A stretch of DNA of 64,000 nt from an uncultured Methanomicrobiales archaeon (GCA_963697895.1 OY969100.1:416001-480000); one strand, 5' to 3'; positions 18,925-30,776 are shown, numbered from the stretch's first letter. Numbers and translations are program-made. Notes: a model not told the origin generated them from the sequence alone.

Positions 18925-20241
18925 TTATGCTTTGCCCGGCACAAACCAGTCGGGGAGCACGAAGTCGGTCTGTTTTAAATTGGAAGGCCAGACGATCTCC
19001 GGTCTCGTCTCATTGACTGATGAATCCCAACGCAGCTGCTCCATGGTGAGGTCAAACTTGCTCTCCCGGTAGTCCTTGGAGAAGCTGATCGTCCGATTCG
19101 TCATCGCCTCCACCATCTGAGGCATGCTGAGATTGCCAAGTGCGTCGCGGATCGCTGTTTTGTTCAGGGTTCCCGCGTCTCCTACCGCCTGGGCACCCAT
19201 ATAAACCCCTTCATAGGTCGCGACACCCATCATCCCCGGGAATCCGCCGAATTTATTATCGAAATCGGCAACAAACTTCTGTGAAGCGATTTCCGTGGGC
19301 CCTTTCGGTACAGTATACGGGCTGAACCGGCTCTGGATGATGGAGAAATCGGCATAATTACCAACGCCCTTATAGAAATCGGGGTCGTCATTCGGTTCTA
19401 CTGCAGTGAATATCTTGTTTAGACCAACATCTCTTCTTGCCTGGGTCTCGATCGGGATCTGTTCGTTCAGAAACGCCGCTACGTATACGACATCGGGATC
19501 GGCACTCTTGATGCTGGTGAGCACCGTCCGGAAATCACTCTCACCCATCTTGAAGGCTTCTTCTGAGACGACTTCGATCTTCAGGTTGTTTTTAGCAATG
19601 GTATCTTTTATTGCGGTCTGGTGGCCTTTTCCATACGGGCTGTCCTGATAGAGAATTGCAAGGCGGAGCGGCCGATCTTCCGTGTATCCGAATTTGGCAT
19701 TGATAGCCGGGCGAATGGTATCGTTGATAAAGAGCGTGGTCTGTCCTCCCGAATCGTCTGTGGTCGGTGCATGATGGAACATATAACTGGTATCCACATC
19801 GGTCCGGCGGGTAATGACCGGTGTCGATGCACCCGTGATGATATAGGGAACCTTGTTATCAGCCACGATCGACTGGTGGGCTGAAACGACTGCGCTGGAG
19901 AAACCTCCGACCAGCAGATCGACGTTGTCCTGGGTGATCATACGCGAGACCGCTTTTTGACCTCCTTCGCGGGTGGACTCATCGTCACCCTGGATCAGTT
20001 TGATCGGGATCTTCGTGTTAAGTTCTTTGACATACACCCCACCATTTGCATTGATCTCGTCAGCGGCGAGCTGTGCAGACTGCCAGATGTCCTTTCCGGT
20101 GGTGCTCGCCGGGCCCGTCATCGAGGCAACGACCCCGATCTTGAGCTCGCTCTTCGTAGAAGACGAAGGCTGGCTCGTGCATCCGGCTATCAATACAACT
20201 GCGATCAATAAAATCGATATAACTGCCAGTTCACGTTTCAT
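18925..20241 (-). CDS. livK: ABC substrate-binding lipoprotein (LivK-like)
   Basis: IAGC lipobox, KIGVVASMTG, DEINANGG, GGFSS. Confidence 0.88.
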   Translation of the reverse strand: MKRELAVISILLIAVVLIAGCTSQPSSSTKSELKIGVVASMTGPASTTGKDIWQSAQLAADEINANGGVYVKELNTKIPIKLIQGDDESTREGGQKAVSRMITQDNVDLLVGGFSSAVVSAHQSIVADNKVPYIITGASTPVITRRTDVDTSYMFHHAPTTDDSGGQTTLFINDTIRPAINAKFGYTEDRPLRLAILYQDSPYGKGHQTAIKDTIAKNNLKIEVVSEEAFKMGESDFRTVLTSIKSADPDVVYVAAFLNEQIPIETQARRDVGLNKIFTAVEPNDDPDFYKGVGNYADFSIIQSRFSPYTVPKGPTEIASQKFVADFDNKFGGFPGMMGVATYEGVYMGAQAVGDAGTLNKTAIRDALGNLSMPQMVEAMTNRTISFSKDYRESKFDLTMEQLRWDSSVNETRPEIVWPSNLKQTDFVLPDWFVPGKA

Positions 20242-20252
20242 GGATTCACTGC

Positions 20253-20271
20253 CATGCTATGTTATAGCATG
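20253..20271. promoter_or_regulatory. Candidate operator palindrome upstream of livK
   Basis: Perfect inverted repeat CATGCTAT-GTT-ATAGCATG between the TATA-like element (about 20293-20298) and the start codon. Confidence 0.7.
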
Positions 20272-20554
20272 ACAATATGAGGCAGAATCGAACATAAAGG
20301 TTGTTATTTAGGCCCTATTCTGCCCTCAACCGGGCCGGTCCGCAGAGAAAATAACCTCCAACTTCAGGATGTCTTCTCCCGGGATCCCCGATCGAATATC
20401 CGGCAGCCACGGTATAGCCTCGTCTCATTCATTTTGGAATCTGCAATCTCTACCTTTTTTCCCCCCCAAAAAAAATGTGAGAGAAGGATTCCTGTTCTCT
20501 CCATAATACCGTTCTGTTCAATGGGATGAGATGGAATTTAGGGTTGAATCCCGC

Positions 20555-21769
20555 TTAACCAAACAGTTCTTTCGACTGCTCCAGAGCTTCGACCGCGGGC
20601 AGTTTCTTTCCGGTGAGAAACTCGATGCAGGCCCCCCCACCAGTAGATATATGAGTGAACCGGTTTTCCAGCCCCAGTTTTTCGATCACGGCCGCAGTAT
20701 GTCCCCCCCCTACGACCGAGAATTCGACATCAGCCGCAGCTTTCAGCAGTTCATAGGTTCCGGTGGCGAAATCTTTGTCCTCGAATACACCTGCCGGGCC
20801 GTTAAACACGACCGTTCCTGCATCATGAAGTACCCCCCGCAGGGTCCCGATTGCATCTATGCCGATATCGAGAACCGGTGCATTTTCGGGGATGGCACTG
20901 ACCGGATATTCGACCCGGCGGTTCTCCTCCCTCACCGCCACCCAGTCGGGCACAATGATCCGGTTCCCATACCGGGAAAGGAGATTCCGTGCCCGTTCGA
21001 TCTCTTTATCATACTTGAGCTGGTGGATCAGGTGCGTGGACGGTTTTCCTATCACAAAACCCTGTGCGATCAGAAAAACATTGGCGACTACTCCGATCAC
21101 GATCACCTGATCGGCGATTCCATATTCCAGCATATGCTCTGCTACCGCGATCGAATCATCAACCTTGGTCCCGCCAAGAATCATACAAACCGGCTTCGGT
21201 GCTCCCTGAAAGACACGGGTCAGGGTGGAAACCTCCTTTTCCATAAGGAGACCCGCGGCAGAACGCATTACCAGAGGAAGTCCTACCATCGTCGGTTGTG
21301 AACGATGGGCGGTGCCGAACGCGTCGTTGACATAGACATCTGCCATTGACGCGAGCTGGGAGACGATATATGTTTTCTTGGCCTCTTCCGCCTTCAATGT
21401 AAGGTTTTCCTCGGCATTGAACCGCACATTCTCGAGCATGAGGATATCCCCGGTTCTCAAACCCCGCACCGCTTCACGTGCACACCGGCCGAAAATATCA
21501 TCTGTATACCGCACGGGACGGCCGAGGAGGGTCTGAAGCTTCTCGGCATGTGACTCCAGCGTTGAAAAGTCTTTTTTGCCCGGTCTGCTCTGGTGGGTCA
21601 GGATCACGACCCTGCAGTCCTGGAGAGCACGTACGGTGGGAATATGTTCACGGAAGCGCTTATCATCCAGGATCAGCTTCGATGCCGGATCGATCGGGGA
21701 GTTCAGATCAAGCCGGAGGAGAACCACACGGCCGGTGCATCCTAATTCACCCAGCGTGCCGATCGACAC
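20555..21769 (-). CDS. pgk: Phosphoglycerate kinase
   Basis: RLDLNSP, HQSRPG, LENVRF, NDAFGTAHR, STGGGA; GTG start with GGAGG SD, 12 nt after atpD. Confidence 0.96.
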   Translation of the reverse strand: MSIGTLGELGCTGRVVLLRLDLNSPIDPASKLILDDKRFREHIPTVRALQDCRVVILTHQSRPGKKDFSTLESHAEKLQTLLGRPVRYTDDIFGRCAREAVRGLRTGDILMLENVRFNAEENLTLKAEEAKKTYIVSQLASMADVYVNDAFGTAHRSQPTMVGLPLVMRSAAGLLMEKEVSTLTRVFQGAPKPVCMILGGTKVDDSIAVAEHMLEYGIADQVIVIGVVANVFLIAQGFVIGKPSTHLIHQLKYDKEIERARNLLSRYGNRIIVPDWVAVREENRRVEYPVSAIPENAPVLDIGIDAIGTLRGVLHDAGTVVFNGPAGVFEDKDFATGTYELLKAAADVEFSVVGGGHTAAVIEKLGLENRFTHISTGGGACIEFLTGKKLPAVEALEQSKELFG

Positions 21770-21781
21770 TGAATCCCTCCG

Positions 21782-22411
21782 TTAAGCCGTACTCCGCGCT
21801 TTGATCTTCTTGAGCCGGAAGAGTTCCTCCCGTTCCATCTCATCGAGCCGCATCTTGATGAAATCCCGCGTCTCGGTCAGTTCGGGGATAACTTTAAATT
21901 CGAGTGCGTTCACGCGTCGTTTCGTCGACTCGATCTCGTCCAGGAGCTTTTTCATGGTTGTTTCTATCTCGGCACTCTCGATCACGGCCTCGACGAGGTC
22001 TTCATAGGCAAGCGCCGTTTCATCGATCACCGAGGATGTCCCGAGTACTCCATACCCCCGATCCACGAGGCTTTTCCTGACCTTGGACGATCCGATCTCC
22101 GGCACGACGACTCCCATAATGTTCTTGCTCATCAGAGAGATCGTGGGAACTTCCTGCACAGAAAATGCCGCCGATTTCACACCGATGGTGCCTTCTATCG
22201 TATTGGCCAGTGCCATCATGTCGGTCGCCCGCTGATATTTCGTGAGAAGATCGCCACGGCTGTCTTTTGCATCCGCGAGCACCTTGAAAAATTCAAGGAT
22301 CAGGCCATCGCGCTTCATTTTAAGGATTTTATAACCCCGCTCCGAAAGTGCGATCCTCCTTTTCAGGCCGATCAGTTCGGATCGGGTCGGTTTGACATCC
22401 ATGAGCGCCAT
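21782..22411 (-). CDS. atpD: A1A0 ATP synthase subunit D
   Basis: KPTRSEL, KRRVNALEF, RLKKIK. Confidence 0.96.
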   Translation of the reverse strand: MALMDVKPTRSELIGLKRRIALSERGYKILKMKRDGLILEFFKVLADAKDSRGDLLTKYQRATDMMALANTIEGTIGVKSAAFSVQEVPTISLMSKNIMGVVVPEIGSSKVRKSLVDRGYGVLGTSSVIDETALAYEDLVEAVIESAEIETTMKKLLDEIESTKRRVNALEFKVIPELTETRDFIKMRLDEMEREELFRLKKIKARSTA

Positions 22412-22417
22412 GGTTCG

Positions 22418-23809
22418 CTACTCCGCAGCCTGGGCTGCTCCCCTGAATTTGGGATGATACTTGTTGATCAGGTCACGATCGATACGGACAAGCTGCTCAA
22501 CCGGGAGGGTGGCGAGAAGGTTCCAGCCGAGGTCGAGGGTATCCGTGATCGTTCGATCTTCCTCATACCCCTGCTTGACGAACCGGTGTTCGAAGAGGTC
22601 GGCAAATTCAAGGAACATCCGGTCCCGTTCGGACAAAGCATCCTTCCCGACTATTGCCACGAGACCTCTCAGGTCGTTCCCTTCCGCATATCCGGCATAC
22701 AACTGGTCGGAGACTTTCTTGTGATCCTCACGGGTGTGCTCCTTCCCGATACCGAGGTTCATGAGCCGGGAAAGAGAGGGGAGGACATTGATTGGGGGAT
22801 AAATGCCTTTACGGTGCAGATCACGACTCACGACAATCTGTCCCTCGGTAATGTAACCGGTCAGGTCCGGGATCGGGTGGGTGATATCATCCCCCGGCAT
22901 GGTAAGGATCGGGATCTGGGTAACCGAACCTTTAATACCCTTGATGATACCGGCACGCTCGTATATGCTTGCCAGGTCCGTGTACATGTATCCGGGATAC
23001 CCGCGTCGGCCGGGCACTTCCTCGCGTGCCGCCCCAATCTGCCGGAGAGCCTCACAATAGTTCGTCATATCGGTCAGTATGACCAGCACATGCATCCCGA
23101 GATCGAACGCGAGGTATTCCGCCGTCGTCAGCGCGAGGCGGGGGGTGATAATCCGCTCGACAGCCGGATCGTCTGCCAGGTTGAGGAAGACGACTGCCCG
23201 CTCCAGTGCTCCGGTGCGTTCGAAGTCCTCCATGAAATGATTGGCCTCTTCTTTGGTGATACCCATCGCCGCGAAGACGACCGCGAACGAATCTTTTGAT
23301 CCCGGGACTTTTGCCTGCCGGGCGATCTGAAGCGCCACGTTGTTGTGGGGCAGTCCGGCGCCACTGAAGATGGGTAGTTTCTGACCACGAACGAGCGTGT
23401 TCGTGCCGTCGATTGTAGAGATACCCGTCTGGATAAAGTCAGACGGGGATCCGCGGGCATAGGGGTTGATCGCGGCACCTGTGATATCGAGCCTCTTTTC
23501 GGGGACGATATCGGGTCCGCCGTCGATTGGTTTTCCTCCGCCCGAGAGGATCCTTCCGAGCATCTCCCGTCCGACCGGCATCTTGATCGTCTCGCCGGTG
23601 AACCGGACGCCACTGTCCCTCCCAATTCCGGCCGTTGTTTCGAAGACCTGCACAACGACGAGATCGTCGCTCGTGTCCAGCACCTGACCGCGTTTGACGG
23701 CCCCCGTCGAGATAACTATATTGACGAGTTCGCCGTACCCGATAGGCTCGGTCTTCTCCACAAAGACCAGGGGGCCGGCGATTTTGTTGATCGTTCTGTA
23801 TTCCTTCAT
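22418..23809 (-). CDS. atpB: A1A0 ATP synthase subunit B
   Basis: [39 protein letters not shown]. Confidence 0.98.
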   Translation of the reverse strand: MKEYRTINKIAGPLVFVEKTEPIGYGELVNIVISTGAVKRGQVLDTSDDLVVVQVFETTAGIGRDSGVRFTGETIKMPVGREMLGRILSGGGKPIDGGPDIVPEKRLDITGAAINPYARGSPSDFIQTGISTIDGTNTLVRGQKLPIFSGAGLPHNNVALQIARQAKVPGSKDSFAVVFAAMGITKEEANHFMEDFERTGALERAVVFLNLADDPAVERIITPRLALTTAEYLAFDLGMHVLVILTDMTNYCEALRQIGAAREEVPGRRGYPGYMYTDLASIYERAGIIKGIKGSVTQIPILTMPGDDITHPIPDLTGYITEGQIVVSRDLHRKGIYPPINVLPSLSRLMNLGIGKEHTREDHKKVSDQLYAGYAEGNDLRGLVAIVGKDALSERDRMFLEFADLFEHRFVKQGYEEDRTITDTLDLGWNLLATLPVEQLVRIDRDLINKYHPKFRGAAQAAE

Positions 23810-25573
23810 GCTGCCGACCTCAGTGCGTTGAATTCCCGTTCCATTTCTTCCAGGATCCGGTTGAGCTCAGGGGTATAGTCCTTTATGAACTTGATCTGCG
23901 GGAGATCGTTCTTCGCCTTCACCGCCATGATCTGCTGGGGAGTGACCCCCGCGACCTGTGCAGCATACGCAAGGTCGGAGAACTGCCGGATTGCCTTCAT
24001 CATATCGTACTGTTTCGTCATGTCGCAGAACGTATCGACTTTATCATAGGCGTTCTGTTGCAGGAAGATCTCCCGGATCATGCGGGCCACCTCGATGGTA
24101 ACCTGTTCCGATTCGGGTAATGCGTCAGAACCGACGAGCTGAACGATCTCCTGCAATTCCGCTTCTTTCTGGAGGACCTCCATCGCCCAGGAACGGATAA
24201 TATTCCATTCCGGGGATACTTCCCGGTCATACCAGTCATGGAGACTGTCCAGATAGAGGGAATAGGAATTCAGCCAGTTGATCGCGGGGAAATGTCTCCT
24301 TTGCGAAAGTTTTGCATCCAGCGCCCAGAAGACTTTCACGATACGGAGCGTGTTCTGGGTGACGGGTTCCGAGAAGTCTCCCCCCGGCGGGGATACCGCA
24401 CCGATCACCGATACGGAGCCGCTGTCCCCGTTCAGCGTGGTAACCAGTCCCGACCGTTCGTAGAATTCGGAAAGACGTGCGGCCAGGTACGCGGGATATC
24501 CTTCCTCACCCGGCATCTCCTCGAGACGGGACGAGATCTCCCGCATCGCCTCTGCCCAACGGGAGGTTGAATCCGCCATCAGCGATACGTCATATCCCAT
24601 ATCCCGGAAGTACTCTGCAATGGTGATTCCGGTGTATACAGACGCCTCACGTGCGGCGACCGGCATATTGCTCGTGTTTGCGATGAGCACCGTCCGCTCC
24701 ATGAGTGGTTTTCCAGTCTTCGGGTCCTCGAGTTCCGGAAATTCGGTCAGCACTTCTGTCATCTCATTCCCACGCTCGCCGCACCCGATGTATACCACAA
24801 TCTCTGCATCACTCCATTTCGCGAGTTGCTGCTGAGTAACCGTCTTGCCGCTCCCGAAGGGGCCCGGGATCGCAGCGGTACCGCCCTTCGCGATGGGAAA
24901 CAGCCCGTCCAGGATTCGTTGTCCGGTGATCAGGGGAATCGTCGGGTTCAGCTTTTCCTTAACCGGTCGGGGCACCCGTACCGGCCACTTCTGCATCATC
25001 GTCAGTCTCGGTACCGTTATCGAGGACGCAGATTACCTCTTCGATGGTGAACGAGCCGCTTTTTATACTTTTTACCGTACCCCCGGCCATATTAGGCGGA
25101 ACCATAATTTTATGAACAATATTGGTCTCCTGCACCTCCCCGATGATGCTGCCGGGCGAGACGTTTGTGCCCTCCTTCACGAGTGGTTTGAACTCCCATT
25201 TCTTCGTATGATTGAGTCCCGGGGCGGTTACCCCGCGTTCGATAAAGTTACCCATCTTCTGCACGAGCACGGACAACGGCCTCTGAATACCATCATAAAT
25301 ACTGGTCAGGAGGCCGGGTCCCAGTTCCACGGAGAGGGAGAGGCCGGTATTGATCACCGGTTCACCGGGGCGGATACCCGATGTATCTTCATAGACCTGG
25401 ATGATCACATCGCCTCCGGCTATCTTGATCACCTCTCCCATCAGCTCCTCGCGGCCGACCTTAACCACATCATACATATGTGCATCCAGGTTGACCGCGG
25501 TGACCACTGGCCCTGCAATTCGCTTGAGAACTCCCATTTCACCGCTTTTTGATGTTTTTCCTTTCACTTCCAC
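23806..25573 (-). CDS. atpA: A1A0 ATP synthase subunit A (one extra base near 25006; probable sequencing error)
   Basis: ORFs 24959-25573 and 23806-24999 join into one AtpA if one base near 25006 is removed; GPFGSGKT Walker A, GCGERGNE. Confidence 0.95.
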
Positions 25574-25866
25574 AGATCAACACCCACCGATCTCTTAATT
25601 CGCTCTCTCATGGACATTCCCCCTTCTTCGCCTCCTATCGCGATGACGGTCGGTTTCACCGATTCTTCAAGAGTCATCTGCAGACGACGGGGAATTCTGG
25701 CCATATCTCTGCTGTTCAAAACGAGGATCCCGACTTCCCCGTCACCAAGGACCGTATTGATGTACTTCACCAGTTTCTCATCGTTCTCGGCCGCATAGGT
25801 CTTCCGGATCCCCGCAAGCCTGAAGCCCAGGATGAATTCGCTGTTTCCAATTACGGCGATCTCCAT
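25564..25866 (-). CDS. atpF: A1A0 ATP synthase subunit F
   Basis: IAVIG...[17 protein letters not shown]. Confidence 0.95.
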   Translation of the reverse strand: MEIAVIGNSEFILGFRLAGIRKTYAAENDEKLVKYINTVLGDGEVGILVLNSRDMARIPRRLQMTLEESVKPTVIAIGGEEGGMSMRERIKRSVGVDLWK

Positions 25867-26923
25867 CTACATCACCAGGTATCCCTTGATACGGTCCGGC
25901 TGGAGGTTTGCCTCCTTTCCACGTGCAATGGCACGGAGATTAAAGACCTCATATTTTTTCCGTTCGAGATACGCGAGGATCGGGTGGATGGAAAAGGGAT
26001 TGAATTTTGCCAGTCTTTCCATCCGGGCGAGCTGCATCCTGATTAAGGCGATCTCGATCTCACTGATGGAATGGTTCCCACGAACCTGTTCGAGCATATC
26101 CAGGAGTGGCTTGATCTTAATTTTTGCCTTGACGGCATCGATAAACTCATCATCGTCTCCCATGCCGGTCAGTCGCTGGAAGTCCTCTGATGAGAATGTT
26201 CCCCCCGGGATCATCATGTCCCGTGCATCCTCCTTCATCTTATCCCTCCGGATCCGGAACATGTTCCGGATGTTCGTGATATCGATATCGAGGAGGATAT
26301 ACTGCAGGAACGCGTCCGTCCCTTTCAGACCGCTCCGGGCATTCACGAGCATATCCGCATAGAACTGCTTATAGAGTTCATTTTCCATGCGAGCGAATGA
26401 ACCCTCTTCCACCGCCCGCGGATACTCACGTTCGAGGATACGATACATTCTTCGCCCTTTCAATGAGGCAATGACCCGTTCCGGGCTCTCCTCTGCCACC
26501 AGCCGATCGAGGATATTCCGGTCGAGCTCGCCGGCAGGGATCAGCACCTCCTTGATCTTTCCGGGTTTCAATCCCTGCATCTTCCCGCGGAGAATGGTGA
26601 GGACATTCTGGATATCCCAGCGCTCCAGATATGCCCGGGTGAACTGTTTCAGGACCCCCGGTGCAATCGTCAGGATGCTCTGGTACTCTTTGGCAAGGTT
26701 CCACGAAAGCCCGAGTTCGATCAGGTCGATCCCCCGGAATTTCGTGGCAAATTCATCAATCTCCCGCTTGTACTCGGTTTCCTCGATGAACCGGGTGATC
26801 TCTGGGAGGCTCATGTTCAGGAGCCTCTGATAGTCTTCCCGGGGAAGGAAGCTTAGCCATCCGAACCCGTATCCGTGTGCAGACATAGATGTATGGAGAA
26901 GGACCTCCCGTTACTTCAGCCAT
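25867..26923 (-). CDS. atpC: A1A0 ATP synthase subunit C (one extra base near 26849)
   Basis: ATG 26923 with GGAGG SD gives MAEVTGGPSPYIYVCTRIRVRMAKL, continuing after a 1-nt shift into LPREDY...EVFNLRAIARG. Confidence 0.9.
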
Positions 26924-26935
26924 CAGGTACCCTCC

Positions 26936-27515
26936 TCATCCGAACAGAATATCCGAGGCATCCTTAAGTCCTGTTTCCCACACGATGTCCAGGAATGTTC
27001 GGTAGCTGAGATCAAGCTGGAGCTCCCCGTCCGTGCTTTCGACGGTGATTCCCCCCTCGATGTCAACTACATTTCCTGCCATGTATCCCCTGAATGCGCT
27101 TTCAGCATCGATCAGCTGTTTCAGAGACGGCATATCCCGGGCATTACAATGTACAATACCTTCCGGCACCTCCGATTTCGCCTGAGCAAGCAGTTTTTTT
27201 AATACATCCCTGTGGAAGCCCTCCGGTCAGCTGCCCTATGGAGCCCAGGGTTTTCCGATAGACCTGGTCGAGGAGATCTTTCTCGGTATTCAGCAGTTTG
27301 CGCTTAACCACGAGATTTGCGGCAGAGACCTCCTGTGATTGGAGGTGCCGTACCTGGCGAATGACCTCATCCTCTGCAGCCATCTTGATCTTCTCCGCTC
27401 GCTCCTGCGCCGACAGGAGGATACGGATGACCTCATCTTTGGTCTCCTTCCGGATCCTCTCAACTTCCCGTTCCCCTTTATCCCTGATCTCTCCTACAAC
27501 CGCTTCGAGTCCCAT
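26936..27515 (-). CDS. atpE: A1A0 ATP synthase subunit E (one extra base near 27227)
   Basis: MGLEAVVGEI...; ORFs 27144-27515 and 26936-27169 join after removing one base; GGITVES...LDLSY. Confidence 0.9.
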
Positions 27516-27525
27516 GGTCTCTCCA

Positions 27526-27774
27526 TCAGAACAAGAGGAGCAGCCCGACGACTAGACCGAATATGACGATCGTTTCGGGAATGACCGTCAGGAGCAGGAC
27601 AAGGCCGAAGACATCCTTGTTTTCTGCCGTTGCACCCACTGCCGCCGCACCTATGGAATACTCGGCAAGTCCTGTCGCGAGACCAGTGAGGCCGACTGCG
27701 ATGCCTGCAGCGATTGCTTTCATTCCGACCTGCGATGCCTGAACCATTTCAAGAGTCATGTTTCCGTCAACCAT
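27526..27774 (-). CDS. atpK: A1A0 ATP synthase proteolipid subunit K (c)
   Basis: Two TM helices; IPETIVIFG with the ion-binding Glu. Confidence 0.95.
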   Translation of the reverse strand: MVDGNMTLEMVQASQVGMKAIAAGIAVGLTGLATGLAEYSIGAAAVGATAENKDVFGLVLLLTVIPETIVIFGLVVGLLLLF

Positions 27775-27776
27775 TT

Positions 27777-29750
27777 TTAATCCTCCGTAAATTGTCTAAT
27801 AATTCCAAATGGATTGTATTTAACGCCTCCACCCTTGTAGAACTTGGTGAAGAATTCGACATAATTCAACCTGAGGGACTGCAGTCCCCCGCCGATCAGA
27901 CCAAGGATCATATTCAACAGCTGGCCGACGATCCACACGGCAACGCCGACGATGATGAATACGACTCCGAATATGGTCAGATTTTCAAGTTGGGGTGCAA
28001 TGATCAGATCGATGGCGATGAAATTGATAACCATCGCGATTGCAACCGAAGAGAGCCCCACCCCGACCAGACGTGTATAGGAGAACACGTGGGAGAGGAT
28101 GGTGGGGAGTTCGACGAGCTCGAGCACAGAGTCGCGCACAATAAAGAGCACTCCGATAAGAATCATGGCCGCACCGGCGATACCCGCGATATTGAACCCC
28201 GCAACGACCGGTGGAAGACCGGTAAGATTCGGCATCAGCGGTATTGCAACCACGGACCAGATCATCAAAAGGACCCCCCACATCACGAGAAGCCAGCCCA
28301 AATTTGCCAGCACCGCTTTTACCCGGTGAGAACCGTGATCCTGGCGTGCATGATTCGCCATACCCAGGATTCTTCCGAGCGTGATATGCAATATCCCGAT
28401 CCAAACCGCGATGATCATCAGTTCCGGGACAGCAGGCCCCTCTTCCAGCCCGGAAGCCCCTCCGATATTGAGGTGTCTCGGGGGCAGAATAGAAGGCCAG
28501 GGAAGTCTGAAACCGAAGCATTCACTGAAAAAAACACCGAAAATGATGCTCGAGATACTTGCGTTCCGGAGTACATCAAGGAGCATTTTTCCGTCGGGAC
28601 CCTTGATGAACCGGCGCAGCCCGTAACTGAGCGCCAGGAGAATTGCACCGTATCCCACGTCTCCCAGTATCAGGCCGAAGAAGAGAGGAAAAATGATCGA
28701 TACGAATAGCGTCGGATCGATCTCAGAATACCTCGGACGGCCATAAACATCCACAAGGAACTGGGTCGGTTTTACGAAACGGGGATTGTCGTATTCCATC
28801 GGCACCCGATCGCGTTCGGGGTCGATCTCCTGCTCCTCGATGAGTACTTTCCCCCCCGCCGCTTCGTTCACAGCAGATGAGATCTCTGCGACCCTCTCTT
28901 TGGGTACCCATCCATCGGCAATAAATGAAAGTTCGGTGGTCGCGAATCTGAGCGGGGCTTCTGCCCTGGCCACATCCATACTCAACAGCTCGTCGCAGGC
29001 GACCAGGAATCCGGTATGCTCCTTTTTGATCTGCTCGAGGTGCTCATTGATCTCCCTGATCTCGGCTTGAATTGCGGCTATCTGCTGCGTTTTGGATTCT
29101 ATCGATACCATCGCAGGACCGGTATCCACAGGAATGGGGACCGCCTGGAACTGCACATCCAACAAGGCCCGTTCGACCGCACTCCGGTGTTCGTTCGGAG
29201 TGGCAACGATAATGAAATTCCCCTTTTTGGACGGAAGGTAAAAGGAATCGAACGGAACCCCCGGTTCAATAGGTTTGAGAACAAATCCCGCAAGAAAACT
29301 CAGATTCTCGTATCCCCTCAGGAGATCCAGGTCAATGGGGACATCGGCAAAGGGCGTCAATCCATCGACTTTCTGCTCCAGATCCTTCTCCTTAAGTTCC
29401 AGCTTGGAGCGCTTGCCGATCAGTCCTTCCACCTCATCTTCGATCCGGGGAAGCTCTTGTTCGATAAGCTGCCGGAGATCCGCGGATTTTTGGATTCGTT
29501 CCGTTTCCACATCCTCCGGCTTAATCATGAACGTGTTTGCGATCCCCCGGAGCCTGAGCAGCTCACTCGAAGCTTCATCGGCGCCCGGGAGGGGCATCCC
29601 AATCTTAAATCCTTCGTATTCGGAGCCTTCCCGCTCCACGAAGTCTTCGATATGGAAGACCCGGGCACGGTACATTTCCTGTATGATAGGATACATCTGG
29701 TCTTTCGATGCCACGATGAGCAGACGGCTCATAGATTCAGGCGCGAGCAT
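27777..29750 (-). CDS. atpI: A1A0 ATP synthase subunit I (a)
   Basis: PRYSEIDPT, GDVGYG, SYTRL, LRLNYVEFF. Confidence 0.96.
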   Translation of the reverse strand: MLAPESMSRLLIVASKDQMYPIIQEMYRARVFHIEDFVEREGSEYEGFKIGMPLPGADEASSELLRLRGIANTFMIKPEDVETERIQKSADLRQLIEQELPRIEDEVEGLIGKRSKLELKEKDLEQKVDGLTPFADVPIDLDLLRGYENLSFLAGFVLKPIEPGVPFDSFYLPSKKGNFIIVATPNEHRSAVERALLDVQFQAVPIPVDTGPAMVSIESKTQQIAAIQAEIREINEHLEQIKKEHTGFLVACDELLSMDVARAEAPLRFATTELSFIADGWVPKERVAEISSAVNEAAGGKVLIEEQEIDPERDRVPMEYDNPRFVKPTQFLVDVYGRPRYSEIDPTLFVSIIFPLFFGLILGDVGYGAILLALSYGLRRFIKGPDGKMLLDVLRNASISSIIFGVFFSECFGFRLPWPSILPPRHLNIGGASGLEEGPAVPELMIIAVWIGILHITLGRILGMANHARQDHGSHRVKAVLANLGWLLVMWGVLLMIWSVVAIPLMPNLTGLPPVVAGFNIAGIAGAAMILIGVLFIVRDSVLELVELPTILSHVFSYTRLVGVGLSSVAIAMVINFIAIDLIIAPQLENLTIFGVVFIIVGVAVWIVGQLLNMILGLIGGGLQSLRLNYVEFFTKFYKGGGVKYNPFGIIRQFTED

Positions 29751-30066
29751 TCAGCTGCTCCTTAAACCGTGAAACCAACAGTTCCGCCGCTTTGGAGAGG
29801 TTTTTACTCCCTTTCTCCTTCAGTTCCGCTGCGCGCTGATCGCCGGCGCGAACGATCTCCGCGTGCTTTTCTGCGGCTTGCCGTCGTGCCTCTGCCAGCC
29901 TCTGTTTCTTGTATTCTTCTGCCCCGGCATTCGCCTTCAGGATTAGGTTATCGGCCTCCAGCTCGGCGTTTGAAATACTGCGTTTGCGCTCCGCTTCTGC
30001 CTCTTCGATCATCGTTCGGTAAGATTCTTCTGTCGTTTTGATGCTTTTCAAGACATCAGTCTTCAT
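29737..30066 (-). CDS. atpH: A1A0 ATP synthase subunit H
   Basis: Charged helical 109-aa protein, first gene of the operon, GGAGG SD. Confidence 0.85.
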   Translation of the reverse strand: MKTDVLKSIKTTEESYRTMIEEAEAERKRSISNAELEADNLILKANAGAEEYKKQRLAEARRQAAEKHAEIVRAGDQRAAELKEKGSKNLSKAAELLVSRFKEQLNARA

Positions 30067-30266
30067 CCAACCCTCCTCTCATGGCATGTCAATATTTGAT
30101 GGAAATTATTTTTATACCTGTTGTTTTTCATTTCATCACCTCTTGAAAGGGCAATGCAGAGAATCAATAAATTGCCCGTCACGGGTAACCATGAGACAAA
30201 ATAGCATTGGGTACGGCTATCTGCCACGTATAAAATAAATTTCCTATCCCAGGTGGAATAATATCG

Positions 30267-30776
30267 TCACCATTCTTCCTTCCCGTTGTTCATCTTCAGC
30301 GTGGGACGGATTCGCCGGATTCCCAGGTGGCCAGGGATATCCTTCATGAGAATGCCACCCTTTGTCCCCTCGAGAACCATCCCGGCCAGATCGGGACCGG
30401 AGCAGAGGATATCCTGCTCCGGATGCGTCCCACGCTGTATCCCGCATGAAAGCCGAATAACATTTCCTGCGGAGACAACATATCGCAGCCGCCGGGATCC
30501 CGGGTGGCCGCGGGGGAGGACGATCAGGGGCGTATGGTACATCCGGACCAGATCGAGGAGCATCACCGCCGGTTGAAGGGCACCTCCTTCCGGTGCCGAA
30601 ACAGCGACAATGTCGCAGGATTCGACGGTTTGGCAATATTCACCCTCCGCATATTCGACACAGAGGGAAAATGAGGTGGGTGGTTGACCGGCGACAATAA
30701 ACGAGCTGTTACCCCTGAAGACGATCATTTCCGCGGGGTCCTCGAGCTGGACCATACGAATACCGGGGTCATTCAT
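30267..30776 (-). CDS. Hypothetical protein
   Basis: 169-aa ORF with GAGTGTGA SD-like element; no motif recognised with confidence. Confidence 0.7.
   Translation of the reverse strand: MNDPGIRMVQLEDPAEMIVFRGNSSFIVAGQPPTSFSLCVEYAEGEYCQTVESCDIVAVSAPEGGALQPAVMLLDLVRMYHTPLIVLPRGHPGSRRLRYVVSAGNVIRLSCGIQRGTHPEQDILCSGPDLAGMVLEGTKGGILMKDIPGHLGIRRIRPTLKMNNGKEEW

Noticed and set aside
20555-21790. pgk directly after atpD as a novel functional coupling
   Set aside because: Co-transcription is plausible (12-nt gap), but nothing in the sequence points beyond ordinary housekeeping gene order.
23806-27515. atpA, atpC and atpE as pseudogenes or programmed frameshifts
   Set aside because: Each is repaired by removing one base and there is no other decay. 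The genes are essential and no slippery-site pattern is shared, so assembly error is the simplest explanation.
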